A stretch of DNA of 36,394 nucleotides from NCBI RefSeq assembly GCF_001194135.2, contig NC_068988.1, forward strand, positions 74,775,170 through 74,811,563, read 5' to 3'. The position numbers and the translations under genes were made by a program. Below, in pieces: positions 32,675 through 36,394 of this stretch. Below the pieces are notes generated by a model. The model was not told the origin of the DNA. It saw only the letters and a program-made list of their open reading frames with translations, and made no database searches. Position 1 is the stretch's first letter; every line of letters starts with the position of its first letter. The DNA comes from Octopus bimaculoides (lineage: Eukaryota).

Positions 32675-33239
32675 CTGATGACAAGAAAAAGCAGAAAATA
32701 AAAGAACAAAACTTAGATATTAAAATCAATTAATAATTTCCATATCAATACTTTACAAATATGAGGTTGGGGTTATATTTTTTCAAGATGATACTCAATA
32801 AGGAAGAAACATCTGCAAAGCTGTTCCCCATACTTACAGAAAAATACAGAAAACAAATTATATTAGTATTACTTCTTCACTTCCCTTAATTTTACATCCT
32901 ATTTTCAATGTTTCAAGAACTTTTTATGTTCCACTCAACTGGTATTATCTTGGTATCTCATAACTATTTAATTTTTAATCAATTTTGTTTCTTTACACCA
33001 ACATATATACATTTTAATTAAGTATGCAAGACACTTATGAGCAATTTGGCCAGTTCAGAGAAAGCTACACTTCTGCTAAACCTCACTCTAGTGGTCCTGT
33101 ATAGTGGCTGATTAAATAAAATTCCTTATCCATGATCACTTATATATCACCAAATACCTGATCTAACCTTTGACTTCATAATGTTCCGTACATTCAAATA
33201 TCTGCTATTCAACTATTGAACTAAGGCCAGACTCTTCAA

Positions 33240-33470
33240 GACATTGTTTCAGTGTGCAGTGAGGAAGGATGGTGTGCAGTATGCAGTGGAGAACAGAGGT
33301 TGAGATATTGTCTCAGTGCGTTGTGGAAAGGGATGGAGGTCAAAAGAGTATCTCAGTGTGCAGTGGGTAAGGACAGAAGTCAGAACATACTCTCAGAGTG
33401 TAATAAAGAAGGACAGATGTGAAGACACTGTGTCAGTGTGCAGTAGAAAGGGACAGAGGCAAGAAACAAG
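33240..33470. repeat. Degenerate ~40-bp minisatellite, about 6 units
   Basis: Recurring CAGTGTGCAGTRG..AAGGACAGA...T.TCT. Confidence 0.75.
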
Positions 33471-33589
33471 GATAACTAAGGGGTTGTGGTGAGGTCATGT
33501 TAGTCTGATACAGGGGGTGGATTGATCTGGTGGAGGGAACTAACATGACACAGCTCAATGTATGTGAAATAGGGTTGTTCTATGGTGAC

Positions 33590-33800
33590 ATCACATCATT
33601 AAAGATAGTGAATGGGTGCGTTATTATTGGTTAATTTCAAGTGAACAATGATTGAACAGACAAGGTTATAGCCATTCCAGTTGTGACCATCATATGAAAA
33701 GAATCCAGAGCCAGATTGTTTCTTTTTTATGAAGATGATGGGGCAAAATCTGAGGGAGAGTTGATACTTACTTCTATTAGGTCCCTTGTCATGGCTATCA
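33590..33800 (-). mobile_element. Possible Penelope-like GIY-YIG remnant
   Basis: FFSYDGHNWNGYNLVCSI in ORF 33599-33871 loosely resembles the HF...H region of Penelope endonucleases. Weak. Confidence 0.3.
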
Positions 33801-33980
33801 GTAGCCATGACAAGGGAGGAATAAAAAAAAAAAGCAAAAATAGTCACAGAACAAAACAAGGCAAAGAGCAATGGTGGTAGTAATGGCGCTGGAGGGTATA
33901 AGAAAGAAGAGAAATGTAAAAGGTAACATTAGAGAAGGGTGTTGTAAGATGATACTAGTAATAGAAGAGGCTGTACTTAC

Positions 33981-34050
33981 CTGTGACCTTGAGTTTAGGG
34001 GCCAGGAATGAACTACTGCTGGTAATACTGGTGGCTTCAGACTGAGACAG
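33981..34050 (-). CDS. TRAF7: Putative TRAF7 N-terminal exon (LSQSEATSITSSSSFLAPKLKVT+G)
   Basis: Acceptor gttattttctctgcttttcactag|CTG, consensus donor CAG|GTAAGT, 70 nt, phase 0-1, open frame matching the next exon. Confidence 0.75.
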
Positions 34051-34075
34051 CTAGTGAAAAGCAGAGAAAATAACA

Positions 34076-34097
34076 TTACTTGTGTGTATGTGCATGC

Positions 34098-34152
<55 letters not shown>

Positions 34153-34300
34153 CACACACACACACACACACACGCATGTATGTATGTGTGTGTGTATTCA
34201 TATACATACACACACTCACATATATGCAAAGAGGGAAAGAAAGGTATGCACACCTGCACACCTTCATATACATATATACATGTGTATAGACAGACAGACA
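34076..34300. repeat. Palindromic (TG)n(TA)n(CA)n microsatellite with degenerate flanks
   Basis: Directly visible. CATGCG and CGCATG flanks extend the symmetry. Confidence 0.95.
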
Positions 34301-34952
34301 AACAGACATATGAACAGATAAAAAAATTCAGGCTAATTAATGTCGTCTTTAGAAATTTAATATTTTGTTTTTAATAATTACATCTGCACCATGTTTCAAT
34401 TGGTTTGATCTCCCATCACCAGCATCATTGTCAAAGATTTTATTACAGTTAATTCAATTTATTTTTTTTTAACCAGGCAAATTATTCTGACCATGTTCAT
34501 TTCTAACACTTTATGTAAAACTCTGTATCAACTGATCAGCAGGCTTGGTTAGACTGATGAGGTCAAGAAACATACCCATAGTTGTCCTCCCTTGACTGTA
34601 AACAAATCTCAAACTGTCTTTCTCCTAAACAAATAAATTAATTGTGGGAAATAAAATTTTATTTTCTTGAAATTATCTTCCTATGATAGTTATTAACAAT
34701 TACCATCAGATATGTTACGTTATGTCTCTCACTAAGGAACAAATTTCAGTTCAGAATTGTATTATGTACATAAATCACTACATCATTCTTTAATTTATCA
34801 AACTTCATTTCACTTAGGTTGCTGTATTCCTGGATTCTAAAAACTTATCTTTATTCAAACTATGATGTAACAAGTGTTACAACCTTTAATAACAATGCTA
34901 TTATTTCAAATCCAGTGTGGTATTCTTTGTGCTTGTGTGTAAGTGTGTGTGT

Positions 34953-34954
<2 letters not shown>

Positions 34955-35000
<46 letters not shown>
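34955..35000. repeat. (TA)n microsatellite
   Basis: Directly visible. Confidence 0.98.
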
Positions 35001-35002
<2 letters not shown>

Positions 35003-35245
35003 AGCTATAAGATATCTGATAATAATTAGGGACCAACTGATTGAAATACTGCAAAGGTGTAACATAAACATTAAGTTTCATGTCTGGACAAGGTCAACAG
35101 CTTAGAATACTAGAATCTTATAAACTCAGGACAGATATGTACATAGATTTGTATATATGTACCATACGTATATACGTACATTAAAAAAAACAAAAAAACT
35201 ATGAAAGGCCAGATAGACATACTGAAATGACTTGCCATAGCCTAC

Positions 35246-35309
35246 CTTAACATTATGTACAAATTGTATTCCAGCTGCCTGAACCAATTCTTCCAAAATC
35301 ATTGTGAGT
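35246..35309 (-). CDS. Candidate further upstream or start-codon exon (LT-MILEELVQAAGIQFVHNVK)
   Basis: Donor AAG|GTAGGC in phase 0 matches the 34050 acceptor. Modest acceptor tgtatcattag|A. In-frame ATG at 35302. No homology recognised. Confidence 0.42.
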
Positions 35310-35329
35310 CTAATGATACAGTGACAGAT

Positions 35330-36022
35330 CATGCACTATGCCTGTCCCTTCCCAACCCCAGCTCCTGTAGACTACCTGACTATATCATCTCCCTCTTCTG
35401 TCCTCCCACTCAACTGTATCATCATTACTATCCTGCCACTCTCTCCCCATCTTGTTTTTTTTTTTGCATTTCATCTTCCCAACTTAATCATTCACCTTTC
35501 AATTCTGGCCAATTTTTGAAGTTGCAGTCTACCTCTTCATCTCCTTATCTCCTACTTCTCATACAATCTTGCAAACCACCTACCCACCCACTTTTACTCA
35601 CCCTGTACCTTGAGGGGCCTCTTGAGCACCTCATTACCACTATCTATTTCTTTGCAGCTTCTATTCATCAGTTCTCTTTGCTCTTTTTCTCCTACTAAAT
35701 GCGAGTAGCCATACAGATCCTCTACAAGAACCTGCTCTGACCCCGCTGCCTCTCATAGTTTAACACATTGTCCCTTAGCTGAACCCCCAGTTCCCCTGAG
35801 GTTTGTAGTCTTGTGAGCTGCATAGCAACCTTAATAGTGCTAGTGGTACAAAAATGGTACCCAGTACACACTGTAAAGTGATTGGTAGTAGAAAGTGCAT
35901 CTAACCATAGAAACCATGCCAAAAGCAGACATTAAAACATGAGGCAGTCTTTGAACCAATTCAATCATGTCAAAATACCCAAACCATGCCAGCATGGAAC
36001 ATGGTAGTTAATGATGATGATG
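35330..36022 (+). mobile_element. RTE LINE 3' UTR and tail fragment
   Basis: AGTAGCCATACAGATCC.TCT.CAAGAACCTGCTCTG is shared with 12624-12657. CACACTGTAAAGTG is shared with 12781. Ends GTTAATGATGATGATG. Confidence 0.75.
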
Positions 36023-36082
36023 TCTGAAGCAAGAAAACAATGTAGGTACTTGTGACATGAGTAACTAAAATCACTACTGTCA

Positions 36083-36394
36083 ATCATCATCATCATCATC
36101 ATCATCATTTAATGTCCGCTTTCCATGCTAGTATGGGTTTGACAATTTGACTGAGGACTGGTGAACCAGATGGCTACACCAGGCTCCAATCTGATTTGGC
36201 AGAGTTTCTACAGCTGGATGCCCTTCCTAATGCCAACCACTCCGAGAATGTAGTGAGTGCTTTTACATGCCACCGGCACGAAGGCCAGTCAGGCGGTACT
36301 GGCAACGGCCACGCTCAAAATGGTGTCTTTTACGTGCCACCTGCACAGGAGCCAGTCCAGCGGCACTGGCAACGATCTTGCTCAAATGACTTTT
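36083..36394 (-). mobile_element. Young RTE-tailed SINE-like repeat, truncated by the window edge
   Basis: (CAT)n TTTAATGTCCGCTTTCCATGCTAG..GACTGAGGACTGG..GGCTACACCAGGCTC is the inverse of 2501-2610. CpGs retained. Internal GCCAGT..ACTGGCAACG duplication. Confidence 0.88.

Noticed and set aside
1-36394. CRISPR arrays, operons, defence systems, stand-alone tRNA or rRNA genes
   Set aside because: No repeat-spacer arrays or prokaryotic gene organisation are present. The tRNA-like boxes belong to SINE heads.

Overview
AT-rich, repeat-dense animal genomic DNA. The SINE/LINE families resemble those I recall from Octopus (coleoid cephalopod); this taxon assignment is from recognition, not a search. 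Most of the window is intron of a minus-strand gene, very probably TRAF7. I support one RING-finger exon with high confidence (15440-15532) and four upstream exons with compatible splice phases (35246-35309, 33981-34050, 32586-32674 and a 27-nt microexon at 22002-22028). Joined from the ATG at 35302 they give 112 codons ending in DIIVFQEEANKKLFCRLCDRVFKDPVIVSCG. The rest of the gene lies left of the window. The introns hold decayed R4/Dong, Tx1/L1 and RTE LINEs, three full-length mariners with TIRs, tRNA-derived SINEs, MITE-like elements, microsatellites and several fold-back structures. No prokaryotic features, CRISPR arrays or intact transposon ORFs are present. I see no clearly new biological system. 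The best leads are the microexon, a 218-bp intronic fold-back, and repeated tail-to-tail insertion of retroelements into (AAT)n/(GAT)n tails. TE boundaries are approximate unless a TIR or TSD is quoted.
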